NCBI GenBank assembly: GCA_903876665.1
Contig: CAIRAY010000100.1
Location: 22,228 to 54,227, forward strand
Source of the DNA: an uncultured Fibrobacterota bacterium
GTDB lineage: Bacteria > Fibrobacterota > Fibrobacteria > Fibrobacterales > Fibrobacteraceae
DNA: 32,000 nt
Direction of reading: 5' to 3'
The stretch's first letter is position 1. Every line of letters starts with the position of its first letter. The notes under the pieces were generated by a model, which saw only the letters and a program-made list of their open reading frames with translations, was not told the DNA's origin and ran no database searches. Positions 20,671 through 29,951 of this stretch are shown here, piece by piece. The translations under genes and the position numbers were made by a program.

Positions 20671-21819
20671 TTAGCGATCGATGTCTGGGATCAGAATGTC
20701 GAGGGTGGTGATGACCGTGACCACGTCCGCGATCATGTGGCCTTTCACCATTTTACCGATGGGGCTCAGATTCGCGAAATTTGGCGAGCGGCTATGAATG
20801 CGCCAAGGCTTGTCACCCTTTTCTGCCACCACGTAGGTCCCGAAAATCCCTTTGGCCGTTTCCGTTGCCGCGTAATAGGAGCCAGCGGGAAGGCGATAGG
20901 AGGGCTTTTCTTTGGACCGGTATGGGCCTTCGGGAATCTGCTCGATGCACTGTTGCAGAATGCGGATGGACTGACGAATTTCATCAATATGAATGACATA
21001 TCGATCAAAGCTGTCCCCGTTCTGTTTGGTAGGAACATCAAAGTCCAGACGGTCGTATATGGAATAGGGATCGTCCTTGCGCAGGTCGTATGGGACACCG
21101 GAGGCACGCAGCACGCAGCCGGTGCAGCCATAGGCGATTGCATCTTCGCGTGTCAGGATTCCAATACCACGGGACCGTTCCTGGATGATCACATTTCCGG
21201 TGATGAGGCGGTCGAACTCTTCGAGAGTGCGCTCCACATCAACGATCACCTTCTTCACGCGGGCAATGAAGGTGTCCGGGATGTCATTGGCGACTCCACC
21301 GGGACGGAAGTAGTTCATGGTCAGGCGGGCACCACAAAGCTCATCGAAAATATCGGTGATGACTTCGCGTTCCTTGAATCCATACAGCAATGCAGTTTGT
21401 GCGCCAAGATCACCGCCAAAACACCCGAACATCATGAGATGGGAGGAGATGCGGTTCAGCTCAAGCACCATGACGCGGATGTATTCTGCGCGGTCAGGAA
21501 CACCAATACCCACGGCCTTCTCAATCGCCATGCACACCGAATGGTTATTCATGTGGCTGGTGAGGTAGTCCATGCGGTCGGTGAGGTGCACATATTGCAA
21601 ATAGGTTTCGCTCTCGGCCTGTTTTTCGATGCCACGATGAATGTAGCCCAGGTGAGGGACGCATTCGCGCACGGTTTCGCCATCAAGACGGAGGACCAGG
21701 CGGAGAACTCCGTGGGTCGCAGGATGCTGCGGGCCCATGTTGATGAAGTATTCTTCGGTATTGTCGTCGCCGGAAACCTTTTGGAAGCCAGCGGGCAGAG
21801 GACGTTTCACCATCTCCAT
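20671..21819 (-). CDS. nuoD: NADH-quinone oxidoreductase subunit D
   Basis: MGPQHPATHGVLRLVLRLDGETV, PHLGYIHRGIEK, DRMDYLTSHMNN, YKLRxPSF-type end region, C-terminal D..IPDIDR. Starts in a TGATG overlap with the upstream gene. Confidence 0.96.
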   Translation of the reverse strand: MEMVKRPLPAGFQKVSGDDNTEEYFINMGPQHPATHGVLRLVLRLDGETVRECVPHLGYIHRGIEKQAESETYLQYVHLTDRMDYLTSHMNNHSVCMAIEKAVGIGVPDRAEYIRVMVLELNRISSHLMMFGCFGGDLGAQTALLYGFKEREVITDIFDELCGARLTMNYFRPGGVANDIPDTFIARVKKVIVDVERTLEEFDRLITGNVIIQERSRGIGILTREDAIAYGCTGCVLRASGVPYDLRKDDPYSIYDRLDFDVPTKQNGDSFDRYVIHIDEIRQSIRILQQCIEQIPEGPYRSKEKPSYRLPAGSYYAATETAKGIFGTYVVAEKGDKPWRIHSRSPNFANLSPIGKMVKGHMIADVVTVITTLDILIPDIDR

Positions 21820-23087
21820 CAGTAGGGCCTCTTGATGATGTTCGGATTTACGAAATCTTTGCGCAGAGGATATCCAACGAAGTCATCCTCCATGAACAAG
21901 CGGCGCATGTCGGGGTGACCGGTAAAGTCGATTCCGAACATATCGTATACTTCGCGCTCTTTCCAATTCGCCGCGGGCCAAAGGCCAGACAGGGTAGGGA
22001 CGGAAGCGAGAATTGCTGTGGGAGCTTCTTCGGGGCTGACTTCCTTTTTGGGAAGCGAAACGCGGAAGAAGACCTTTTGTCCCTGAGTCACCGAAAGGAG
22101 CTGCACCACCACATCGAAGTGGTCCGTGAAGTCAACAGCAGTAAGGTCCAAAAGCATTTCCAAGCTCAGGTCGGGAGTTTGTTTGAGGAAGGTTGCCAAA
22201 GCAACATATTGATCCACCGGGACTTCGAAATCGAGCGTGTAGTCGGTTCCCAAAGCTTCTACGGCTGCGGTATCGGAAACCTCATGGTCGCCCAGCTCCT
22301 TCTTATAGAGCTTGAGACCGGGGAATTTGGCTTGGATCAGTTTCCACAATTCGAGGTTCGATTTTCCCCGGGGACGATCAGGCTTGCGAGGTACTTCAGG
22401 GAAGGCGGGCGCAACGACGCGAACCGCTTTAAAGGCCTGGTAATCCGGATTTTCTTCCTTGAACTTGGCGCGGGCTTCCGCTTGTTCCTGGTCCTTGATT
22501 TTTTCCAGGGCGTCCCAGGCTTTGGCTGCATCGGACCAAGTGTTTGTTGCTGGCTTGGTATAGATTTCGTGTTCATGCCAAGTATTGCGTAGGCTTTCTG
22601 TCTTGCGGATTTTTTCCTGCAGCATCAGCAGGCCGTTGAACAAAGCTTCGGGACGGGGGGGGCAGCCAGGAATATAGACGTCAACTGGAAGGATTCGATC
22701 GGCACCTTTGACCACGGAATAATTGTCGTAATAAAATGGTCCACCTGAAATGGTGCATGCACCCATGGCGATCACATATTTGGGCCCGGACATTTGATCA
22801 TAAAGAGTTTTGAGGGGGCCGGCCATTTTTTCGGTGATGGTTCCTGCAAGGATAATCAGGTCGCATTGACGGGGGCTTGCACGGAACACTTCGGAACCGA
22901 AGCGTGAAATGTCGTAGCGGGGAGCGGCGGCAGCCATCATTTCGATGGCGCAACAGCTGGTGCCGTAGGTGAGTGGCCATATCGAATTGGAGCGGGCCCA
23001 ATTGATGATGTAGCTCACAGCGTCAATCATGGTTTTTCCGCCTGGAAGCGGGTCAACGATGGGAGGCAATTTGTGCATTAACCCCAT
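21819..23087 (-). CDS. nuoBC: Fused NADH-quinone oxidoreductase subunits B and C
   Basis: One uninterrupted 422-aa ORF. Residues 1-160 are NuoB ([65 protein letters not shown]). From about residue 245 it is NuoC ([54 protein letters not shown]). Confidence 0.93.
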   Translation of the reverse strand: MGLMHKLPPIVDPLPGGKTMIDAVSYIINWARSNSIWPLTYGTSCCAIEMMAAAAPRYDISRFGSEVFRASPRQCDLIILAGTITEKMAGPLKTLYDQMSGPKYVIAMGACTISGGPFYYDNYSVVKGADRILPVDVYIPGCPPRPEALFNGLLMLQEKIRKTESLRNTWHEHEIYTKPATNTWSDAAKAWDALEKIKDQEQAEARAKFKEENPDYQAFKAVRVVAPAFPEVPRKPDRPRGKSNLELWKLIQAKFPGLKLYKKELGDHEVSDTAAVEALGTDYTLDFEVPVDQYVALATFLKQTPDLSLEMLLDLTAVDFTDHFDVVVQLLSVTQGQKVFFRVSLPKKEVSPEEAPTAILASVPTLSGLWPAANWKEREVYDMFGIDFTGHPDMRRLFMEDDFVGYPLRKDFVNPNIIKRPY

Positions 23088-23458
23088 TTGAGGGCTCCTT
23101 TCCGCCAGGCATAGACGAGGCCTGCACCGAGAATGAAGATGAAGAGCCCCAAATCCGCCATGACGATGAAGGCCGTCAGGCCGGAAACTCCGCCGATTGC
23201 CTCGCGGAAGACCGCCGCACAGGGGAAGAGAAAGAGGGCTTCGATGTCAAAGATGAGGAAGAGAAGCGCAAATAGGTAGTAGCCTACTTTGAACTGGATG
23301 CGGGCGTCACCGAAGGTTTCCACACCGCATTCGTATGCTTCGTTCTTTTTAGCATTTGGGCCTGATTCAAAGGCGATTAACTTCGCAGTCAGCATAGCTG
23401 AGCCGGCCATGAAGGCGCCAAGGAATAAAAAAGAGGCCAGGGGCAAATATTCTTGCAT
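23078..23458 (-). CDS. nuoA: NADH-quinone oxidoreductase subunit A
   Basis: [38 protein letters not shown] is the conserved NuoA motif region. First gene of the nuo operon. Confidence 0.95.
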   Translation of the reverse strand: MQEYLPLASFLFLGAFMAGSAMLTAKLIAFESGPNAKKNEAYECGVETFGDARIQFKVGYYLFALLFLIFDIEALFLFPCAAVFREAIGGVSGLTAFIVMADLGLFIFILGAGLVYAWRKGALKWG

Positions 23459-23557
23459 AGTTTCCCTAGGATCGAGGACGGGCGCAAGATAGAATTGTTC
23501 CCCTTTTTTTCAAGTCTCGACCGTCAGAAAAGGTGGTTAAATTCTTCTAATTGGACA

Positions 23558-23573
23558 TTGACTGGCAAGTCAA
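23558..23573. promoter_or_regulatory. Perfect inverted repeat TTGACT-GGCA-AGTCAA, candidate operator in the nuoA/nifJ divergent intergenic region
   Basis: Read directly from the sequence: 6-bp arms, 4-bp spacer, in the ~260-bp gap between two divergent energy-metabolism transcription units. Confidence 0.4.
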
Positions 23574-23717
23574 ATCCATCCATCGGACCACATGGCATGG
23601 TTCAACCATTTCGACCGGTCATTCAGATGGGTGTAGCTATTGGCCAATTTGCCAAAATTTGTAGATTTAGCGAAGTCTGTATCAAGTGATTGTTATTGAA
23701 TCCCATTTGGAGAAATT

Positions 23718-26700
23718 ATGAGCGAAAAGAAAATGGTTTGTATGGACGGAAACGAGGCTGCGTCCTCGATCGCCCACAAAGTGAGCGAAGTGATTGCAAT
23801 CTACCCAATCACACCTTCGTCCAACATGTCCGAAAACTGTGATGCGTGGTCCGCCCAGGGCAAGAAGAATATTTGGGGCCAAGTTCCCCGCGTGATCGAG
23901 CTGCAGTCCGAAGGCGGTGCAATCGCAACCGTTCACGGATCGCTTCAGGCTGGTGCCTTGACGACCACTTTTACTGCATCTCAGGGTTTGCTCCTGATGA
24001 TCCCGAATTTTTACAAAATCGCCGGCGAACTTACGCCTGCCGTTTTCCATGTATCGGCTCGCGCCCTTGCGGCCCAAGGCCTCTCCATTTTTGGCGACCA
24101 TTCCGACATCATGGCCATGCGCCAAACGGGCTTTGTTCTGCTTTCTTCCTCCAGCGTGCAGGAAGCCCAGGATATCGCACTGATTTCTCACTCCGCCACT
24201 CTCAAGGCCTCTCTCCCATTCGTTCATTTCTTTGACGGTTTCCGAACCTCCCATGAAGTGATGAAGATCGAAGTCGTTTCCGACGACCAGATTTCCTCCA
24301 TGATCGACCAAAAGCTCGTGACCAAGTTCCGCAACCGTGCCCTCACGCCAGACGCACCAGTCATGCGCGGAACCGCTCAGAATCCCGATGTCTACTTCCA
24401 GGGTCGTGAGACTGTCAATCCCTACTACAATGCAACTCCGGGCATCGTTCAAGATACCATGGATCAATTTGCCAAGATGACAGGCCGCCAATACAAGTTG
24501 GTGGAATACTTTGGCGCCAAGGATGCCGAGCGCATCGTGGTGATCATGGGTTCCGGCGTCCATCCAGTCAAGGCAGCCATCGAAGCGCTTATGGCCCAAG
24601 GCGAAAAGGTTGGAGTCATCTACATCCGCCTCTGGCGTCCATTCCCTTCCGAACAGTTCATTGCAGCCCTTCCAAGCACAGTCAAGTCCATCGCGGTCCT
24701 CGACCGTTGCAAGGAGCCCGGTTCCGCAGCCGAGCCACTCGCTCAGGACGTGGTGACCGCTATTGCCGACGCCCTCATGACGGGTGCATCCAAACTCGCT
24801 CTGCCACGCGTCATCGGTGGTCGCTATGGTTTGGCTTCCAAGGAATTCACTCCTTCCATGGCCAAAGCCGTTCTGGACGAGCTGAAGAAGCCACAACCTA
24901 AGAACCGCTTCACCATTGGCATCAATGACGATCTCACCAACTCAAGCCTGTCCTGGGATGCAAATTGGACAATCGGTGCAGATTATTTCCAGGCCATGTT
25001 CTTTGGTCTTGGCGCTGACGGTACCGTGGGTGCGAACAAAAACTCCATCAAGATTATTGGTGAGTCCACACCCAATTACGCACAAGGTTACTTCGTTTAC
25101 GACTCCAAGAAGTCTGGTTCCATGACCACCTCGCATCTGCGTTTTGGAAAAAAGGAAATCCAGGCTCCTTACCTGATCGAAAAGGCCGACTTCATCGCCT
25201 GTCACCATACGCCGCATCTGGACCAGGTGGATATGCTGAACAACGCCAAGAAGGGAACAATATTCCTTCTCAACAGCACACATGCTGCAGATAAGGTCTG
25301 GGACATTTTCCCCAAAACGGTTCAGGCTGCCATCATCGAAAACCAAATGAAGGTTTTTGTCATCGATGCCTACCATGTCGCCAAAGAAACCGGCATGGGC
25401 CGTCGCATCAACTCCATCATGCAGACTTGCTTCTTTGCCATCTCGGGCATTCTTCCTCGCCAGGAAGCCATCGACCATATCAAATACGCCATCAAGAAGA
25501 CATACTCCAAGAAGGGCGATGCCGTGGTAAAGATGAACTGGGATGCGGTGGACCGCACCCTGGAATTCCTGCACGAAGTTAAGATTCCAGCCACGGTGAC
25601 CACCACAAAGGGCATGCGCCAGTCTGTCTCGGACAAGGCTCCAAATTTTGTGAAGACCGTCTCCGCTGAGCTGATGTTTGGCCGTGGCGACGCTCTTCCA
25701 ACCAGCATGATGCCTGCGGACGGCACCTGGCCCACCGCTACCGCCCGTTGGGAAAAGCGCGATCTGACTTTGGAAATCCCCGTGTGGGAGCCCGATCTCT
25801 GCATCCAATGTGGAAAGTGTGCCCTGGTTTGCCCACATGCAACGATCCGCACCAAGATCATTGATTCCTCCTTGCTCGGTACCGCCCCAGAAGGCTTCAA
25901 GGTCATCAAGGCGAACAAAGCCTTTAAGATGGATGGCGATCCCATGTTCGCCATCTCCGTCTCGCCTTATGACTGCACCGGTTGCACAGTTTGTGTGGAC
26001 GCTTGCCCTGCCAAGGACAAGACCAATCCTGACCGCAAGGCCATCAACATGGCTGCGCAACCCGACATCGCTGTCCGCGAAGGCAAATGCTGGGACTTTT
26101 TCGTGGACGCTCCCGAAGTGGATCGCTCCAAGATCGGAAACCGCATTCAGCCCCAGAACGCCATGCTTCTCGAACCTCTGTTCGAGTTCTCCGGCGCTTG
26201 CCCAGGCTGTGGCGAAACACCTTATGTCAAGCTCACCAGCCAGCTCTTCGGTGACCGCATGATTATTGCCAATGCCACCGGTTGTTCCTCGATCTACGGT
26301 GGCAATTTGCCTACCACACCTTGGGCCAAGAACAAGCAGGGACGTGGTCCAACCTGGTCCAATTCCTTGTTTGAGGACAACGCAGAATTCGGTCTCGGCA
26401 TGCGTCTCGCGGTGAACAAGCACGCTCAACAGGCCTTGCTTCTCGTCGACAAGCTTGCTGACAAAATCGGCGCGGAACTTGTCGCTGCGATCAAGACCCA
26501 GGACCAAACGGAAGAAACCGGCATTTTCGCCCAACGCGAAAACGTCCTCAAGCTCCGCAAAGCCCTCGAAGGGGTAAAGAGCGACGACGTGACCCTGTTG
26601 CTCGACATCGCAGACTATCTGGTCAAAAAGTCTGTCTGGATCATGGGCGGTGACGGCTGGGCCTACGATATCGGCTACGGTGGTCTCGACCACGTTCTCG

Positions 26701-27305
26701 CTTCGGGCGAAAACGTGAACGTGCTCGTGCTCGATACCGAAGTTTATTCCAACACGGGTGGACAATCCTCCAAGTCCACCAACCTGGGTGCAGTGGCTCA
26801 GTTCGCCGCAGCCGGAAAGCGTGCTGGCAAAAAGGATCTCGGTCTGATTGCTATGGCTTACAAGAACGTATACGTCGGTTATGTTGCGATGGGCTCCAAT
26901 AACGCACAAACGATCAAGACCTTCATTGAAGCCGAAAAGTACGATGGTCCGTCTTTGATCATTGCCTATAGCCCATGTATTGCCCACGGATTCGATTTGA
27001 GCGACATGCTCAACCACCAGGATCTCGCGGTCAAGTCCGGGTACTGGCAGCTGCTACGCTACAATCCATCCCTGGCTGCCGAAGGCAAAAATCCTCTGGT
27101 CATCGACGCCAAGGCTCCAAGCATCCCCGTGAAGGACTACATCTTCACCGAGAATCGCTATCGCCAGTTGCAACAGTCCAATCCGGACGTAGCCAACGCC
27201 CTTGCCGAGACTCTGCAGAAATCGATCAACGACCGTTGGGCCTTCTACGCCTATCAGGCTGCACAGGCCGGCTCCGCAACACCCGTTGAGGCCGCCAAGG
27301 TCTAA
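23718..27305 (+). CDS. nifJ: Pyruvate:ferredoxin (flavodoxin) oxidoreductase, single-polypeptide form
   Basis: AIYPITPSSNMSE near the N-terminus, GGRYGL.SKEFTP, CIQCGKCALVCPH and CTGCTVCVDACPAK ferredoxin motifs, CPGCGETPY, NATGCSSIYGGNLPTTP, MGGDGWAYDIGYGGLDHVLASGENVNVLVLDTEVYSNTGGQSSK (TPP site). GGAGAAATT-ATG start context. Confidence 0.97.
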   Translation: MSEKKMVCMDGNEAASSIAHKVSEVIAIYPITPSSNMSENCDAWSAQGKKNIWGQVPRVIELQSEGGAIATVHGSLQAGALTTTFTASQGLLLMIPNFYKIAGELTPAVFHVSARALAAQGLSIFGDHSDIMAMRQTGFVLLSSSSVQEAQDIALISHSATLKASLPFVHFFDGFRTSHEVMKIEVVSDDQISSMIDQKLVTKFRNRALTPDAPVMRGTAQNPDVYFQGRETVNPYYNATPGIVQDTMDQFAKMTGRQYKLVEYFGAKDAERIVVIMGSGVHPVKAAIEALMAQGEKVGVIYIRLWRPFPSEQFIAALPSTVKSIAVLDRCKEPGSAAEPLAQDVVTAIADALMTGASKLALPRVIGGRYGLASKEFTPSMAKAVLDELKKPQPKNRFTIGINDDLTNSSLSWDANWTIGADYFQAMFFGLGADGTVGANKNSIKIIGESTPNYAQGYFVYDSKKSGSMTTSHLRFGKKEIQAPYLIEKADFIACHHTPHLDQVDMLNNAKKGTIFLLNSTHAADKVWDIFPKTVQAAIIENQMKVFVIDAYHVAKETGMGRRINSIMQTCFFAISGILPRQEAIDHIKYAIKKTYSKKGDAVVKMNWDAVDRTLEFLHEVKIPATVTTTKGMRQSVSDKAPNFVKTVSAELMFGRGDALPTSMMPADGTWPTATARWEKRDLTLEIPVWEPDLCIQCGKCALVCPHATIRTKIIDSSLLGTAPEGFKVIKANKAFKMDGDPMFAISVSPYDCTGCTVCVDACPAKDKTNPDRKAINMAAQPDIAVREGKCWDFFVDAPEVDRSKIGNRIQPQNAMLLEPLFEFSGACPGCGETPYVKLTSQLFGDRMIIANATGCSSIYGGNLPTTPWAKNKQGRGPTWSNSLFEDNAEFGLGMRLAVNKHAQQALLLVDKLADKIGAELVAAIKTQDQTEETGIFAQRENVLKLRKALEGVKSDDVTLLLDIADYLVKKSVWIMGGDGWAYDIGYGGLDHVLASGENVNVLVLDTEVYSNTGGQSSKSTNLGAVAQFAAAGKRAGKKDLGLIAMAYKNVYVGYVAMGSNNAQTIKTFIEAEKYDGPSLIIAYSPCIAHGFDLSDMLNHQDLAVKSGYWQLLRYNPSLAAEGKNPLVIDAKAPSIPVKDYIFTENRYRQLQQSNPDVANALAETLQKSINDRWAFYAYQAAQAGSATPVEAAKV

Positions 27306-27323
27306 TCCGTCACCCAAATTCCC

Positions 27324-27360
27324 AAAGCCCGTCGCATGAACTTGCGGCGGGCTTTCCTTT
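27324..27360 (+). terminator. Probable rho-independent terminator downstream of nifJ
   Basis: AAAGCCCGTCGCA - TGAACT - TGCGGCGGGCTTT (13-bp stem with one U-G wobble), followed by CCTTTT. Confidence 0.8.
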
Positions 27361-27456
27361 TGGGGTGAGGAGGATCACACAGGGGTTTTGTTTTCCCTTG
27401 GAACTAGGGTTCGCAGGGAGTAAATTCATTGCAAACAAACAAAAGAGGATTTGCCA

Positions 27457-28443
27457 ATGAGCATAAAACTATTCCGCATCGCATCTGCAATTGCCACAAT
27501 GGGCATGCTATTTTCGTGTTCCGAAACAGGCAGCCCAATGGCTCAGGACCTTTCCGTTGTTCCCTCTTCTTCCAGTGTATCTGATGCGTCCAGCTCTTCA
27601 TTTGAATCGGGCACACCGAGCGCTCCGACTCCATCCGAAAGGACCTTGGCATACCAGGCTCCGCTGACGCCTGCCCAAATCTCTTCGGATCTCTCTGACA
27701 TTGCCGCCCTAGGCAGCATGGATGCGCTTAACCTGGGTTCTCCCTCGGGCTTGGATGGCATGATGGCCTCCACGGGCACTCCGAACATGAACACCCTCCG
27801 GAAGACTGTGGCGCAGGCAACCTGTGAATCCATGGACTCTGACACAACCTTCACAGATGAATTCGGTGCAACCATTTCCGAAACAACCCGATTCAAGGAT
27901 GACCAGGGCAATCCTTTTCAAATGTGCATGGAGTATGTTGCTGGCCAAGATTTTGAAACCATGATGGCCCAACTATACAACTCAATGGATGGGGTCCATT
28001 ACTCCATTTTCACCTCTTCTGTCAGCACCGAAGCGAAGATGGAAATGAATATGATTGGATCCATGGATGTCACCCCAGATGCCAACGGTTTGGTGAAGAC
28101 CGTTGCTACGCAAATGGAAGGTTCTACCAACGTGGAGATTCTCCAGCCCAAGGCGTTCAACATGTATGCCGACATCAAAATGTCCATGCTGATGGATATG
28201 AGCGCACTGGCTGCAGACACCACCGGTCAAGCCGATGCCTCCTCGACAATTACTGGCAGCATGAATATTCACTTTATGGATGGCCGTTACCAGTGCAACA
28301 TGACCATTTCCCAAGCGGAAACATCTTCCAGCTGCGACTTGACCCACAATGGCGAAATCGTAGGCACTCTCGGTGAAGGGGTTGATGGCGAAATGGAAAT
28401 CAAGGATGTTGACGGGAATATTGTCGAGCCTGCCGCTCTTTAA
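27457..28443 (+). CDS. Putative lipoprotein, Ser-rich N-terminal linker, Met-rich C-terminal region; unknown function
   Basis: Signal peptide with lipobox MLFS|C. Linker VVPSSSSVSDASSSSFESGTPSAPTPS. ATG at 27457 preceded by AGAGG (track start 27451 is a TTG). Confidence 0.75.
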   Translation: MSIKLFRIASAIATMGMLFSCSETGSPMAQDLSVVPSSSSVSDASSSSFESGTPSAPTPSERTLAYQAPLTPAQISSDLSDIAALGSMDALNLGSPSGLDGMMASTGTPNMNTLRKTVAQATCESMDSDTTFTDEFGATISETTRFKDDQGNPFQMCMEYVAGQDFETMMAQLYNSMDGVHYSIFTSSVSTEAKMEMNMIGSMDVTPDANGLVKTVATQMEGSTNVEILQPKAFNMYADIKMSMLMDMSALAADTTGQADASSTITGSMNIHFMDGRYQCNMTISQAETSSSCDLTHNGEIVGTLGEGVDGEMEIKDVDGNIVEPAAL

Positions 28444-28461
28444 AAAACAAAATTGATATCA

Positions 28462-28489
28462 AGCCCGCGTCTTCTCTGACGCGGGTTTT
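28462..28489 (+). terminator. Probable rho-independent terminator downstream of the lipoprotein gene
   Basis: CCCGCGTC - TTCTCT - GACGCGGG followed by TTTT. Confidence 0.8.
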
Positions 28490-28502
28490 CTATTTTCAGG
28501 CG

Positions 28503-28865
28503 ATGCCAACTCCTCATCACAACCGAGAACAGAAAACCATCAGGGCCATGGTTGGGATCTATTGCCGGCAAAAGCACGCATCAAGGGATGTTCTTTGTCC
28601 GGAATGTGCCCACCTGATGAGTTACGCATCCAAGCGGCTCGAGCATTGCCCGCATGGGGAGAATAAACCAACCTGCGCGAAATGTCCGGTACACTGTTAC
28701 AAACCCGACATGAGACAACAAGTGCGCAATGTGATGCGTTTCGCCGGCCCACGCATGCTTCTACGACATCCCTGGCTGACGCTGATGCATTTCTATGATG
28801 GGTGGAAATCGGAGAAAAGAATGAGGCGATGCTCAGTCAAGGACCAACCACCGAAAACGGAATAA
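28503..28865 (+). CDS. ygbA: YgbA-family (nitrous oxide-stimulated promoter family) small Cys-rich protein
   Basis: LCPECAHLMSYASKRLEHCPHGENKPTCAKCPVHCYKPDMRQQVRNVMRFAGPRMLLRHPWL matches the conserved core remembered for the YgbA_NO family. Confidence 0.8.
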   Translation: MPTPHHNREQKTIRAMVGIYCRQKHASRDVLCPECAHLMSYASKRLEHCPHGENKPTCAKCPVHCYKPDMRQQVRNVMRFAGPRMLLRHPWLTLMHFYDGWKSEKRMRRCSVKDQPPKTE

Positions 28866-29892
28866 CTTCCCCGATCCCCATCTCCACCAGCTTGCCCGAA
28901 ATATTGCCTTGGGCTTCGATCTGTCGGAGCCACTGGATGGGCTCGCCCGGTGGTTCGTCACTCAAATCAAAGGTTCCCCAATGACAAGGGAGAAGAACCT
29001 TGGCGCCCAGGTCCCGGAAGGCTTCCGAAGCCTCCAGAGGCGTCATGTGACTGGCCTTCATGATGTAATCAGGCCGGTAGGCTCCAATGGGCAGGATCGC
29101 AATATCCGGGGCGCCCATAATGCGGCGGATTTCTTTGAAATGAGGTCCATAGGAAGTGTCGCCGGAATAGTAAATGGTGACTCCGTCGATCCGAATCCAA
29201 TAGCCACCCCAGAGCACTTCGTCCTGGTCGGCCAGGCCACGCCGGTGCCAGTGTTGAGCCGGCAGAAATACGACTTCCACATGCTTGGATGTCCGGAATT
29301 TTTGCCACCATCCAGCCTCCTGCGCAACCATATTCGGATTAGCATTTCGGATGATGTTTCCCATTTTCAGGGGAACCAATGCAGTGGTCCTAGATCCATC
29401 GAGAGCCGAGGCCACCTTGGTGTCAAGATGATCCAGGTGGCCATGCGACACCAGCAAATAATCCACATGGGGAATTTTGGATAAAAGGATAGGGGATGGA
29501 GATAATCGTTTATTAAACGGGAACGATTGCACCGGATCAATCAACAGCGAAATGGAATCACTTTGGATCAGCAGGGAGGAGTGCCCTAGCCAAACCACTC
29601 CCCTCATTTTCGCGATGGAGTCCGGAGTCAGGGACAAGTACCTAGGGCGAAAGGTGTCACTGGTTTTTATGGATTGATCCCCAAAATGGGAAAAGCCCCA
29701 TTTCATGAGCTTCCAGAAGCCGGGCTGATCCCGTGGGGATTGGTTTTGGAAGCGATTGCCAATTTTGGGGTTCCCGGCGTAATCGGGGCGCACAAAGTCA
29801 AGCTGATCATTTTTATGATGGGTCACTGTCGTATCCGTAAAAGAAAAAGACACCGTGGCAAGCAGGATTACCCAGGGAACAATGCGTAGCAT
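28837..29892 (-). CDS. MBL-fold metal-dependent hydrolase (NAPE-PLD/UlaG-like), membrane- or secretion-targeted
   Basis: VWLGHSSLLIQ...LLIDPV, VSHGHLDHLD (HxHxDH), YYSGDTSYG, PCHWGTFDLSDEPP. Likely ATG start at 29892 followed by a hydrophobic segment (MLRIVPWVILLATVSF); the track ORF opens at the TTG at 29952. Confidence 0.85.
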   Translation of the reverse strand: MLRIVPWVILLATVSFSFTDTTVTHHKNDQLDFVRPDYAGNPKIGNRFQNQSPRDQPGFWKLMKWGFSHFGDQSIKTSDTFRPRYLSLTPDSIAKMRGVVWLGHSSLLIQSDSISLLIDPVQSFPFNKRLSPSPILLSKIPHVDYLLVSHGHLDHLDTKVASALDGSRTTALVPLKMGNIIRNANPNMVAQEAGWWQKFRTSKHVEVVFLPAQHWHRRGLADQDEVLWGGYWIRIDGVTIYYSGDTSYGPHFKEIRRIMGAPDIAILPIGAYRPDYIMKASHMTPLEASEAFRDLGAKVLLPCHWGTFDLSDEPPGEPIQWLRQIEAQGNISGKLVEMGIGEVIPFSVVGP

Positions 29893-29951
29893 GGAGAAAA
29901 GATCCAATATGCAACCAAGCAGGTCAACAGGTCTTTCTAAATTGTCGACCA

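Noticed and set aside
20737-21825. 362-aa plus-strand ORF antisense to nuoD
   Set aside because: Fully covered by the nuoD frame, which has strong family motifs; no independent support.
24942-27017. 691-aa minus-strand ORF antisense to nifJ (and the 404-aa ORF at 23682..24896)
   Set aside because: Entirely inside a highly conserved PFOR gene on the opposite strand, with no recognisable motifs and low-complexity His/Val/Gly-rich text typical of shadow frames caused by codon bias.
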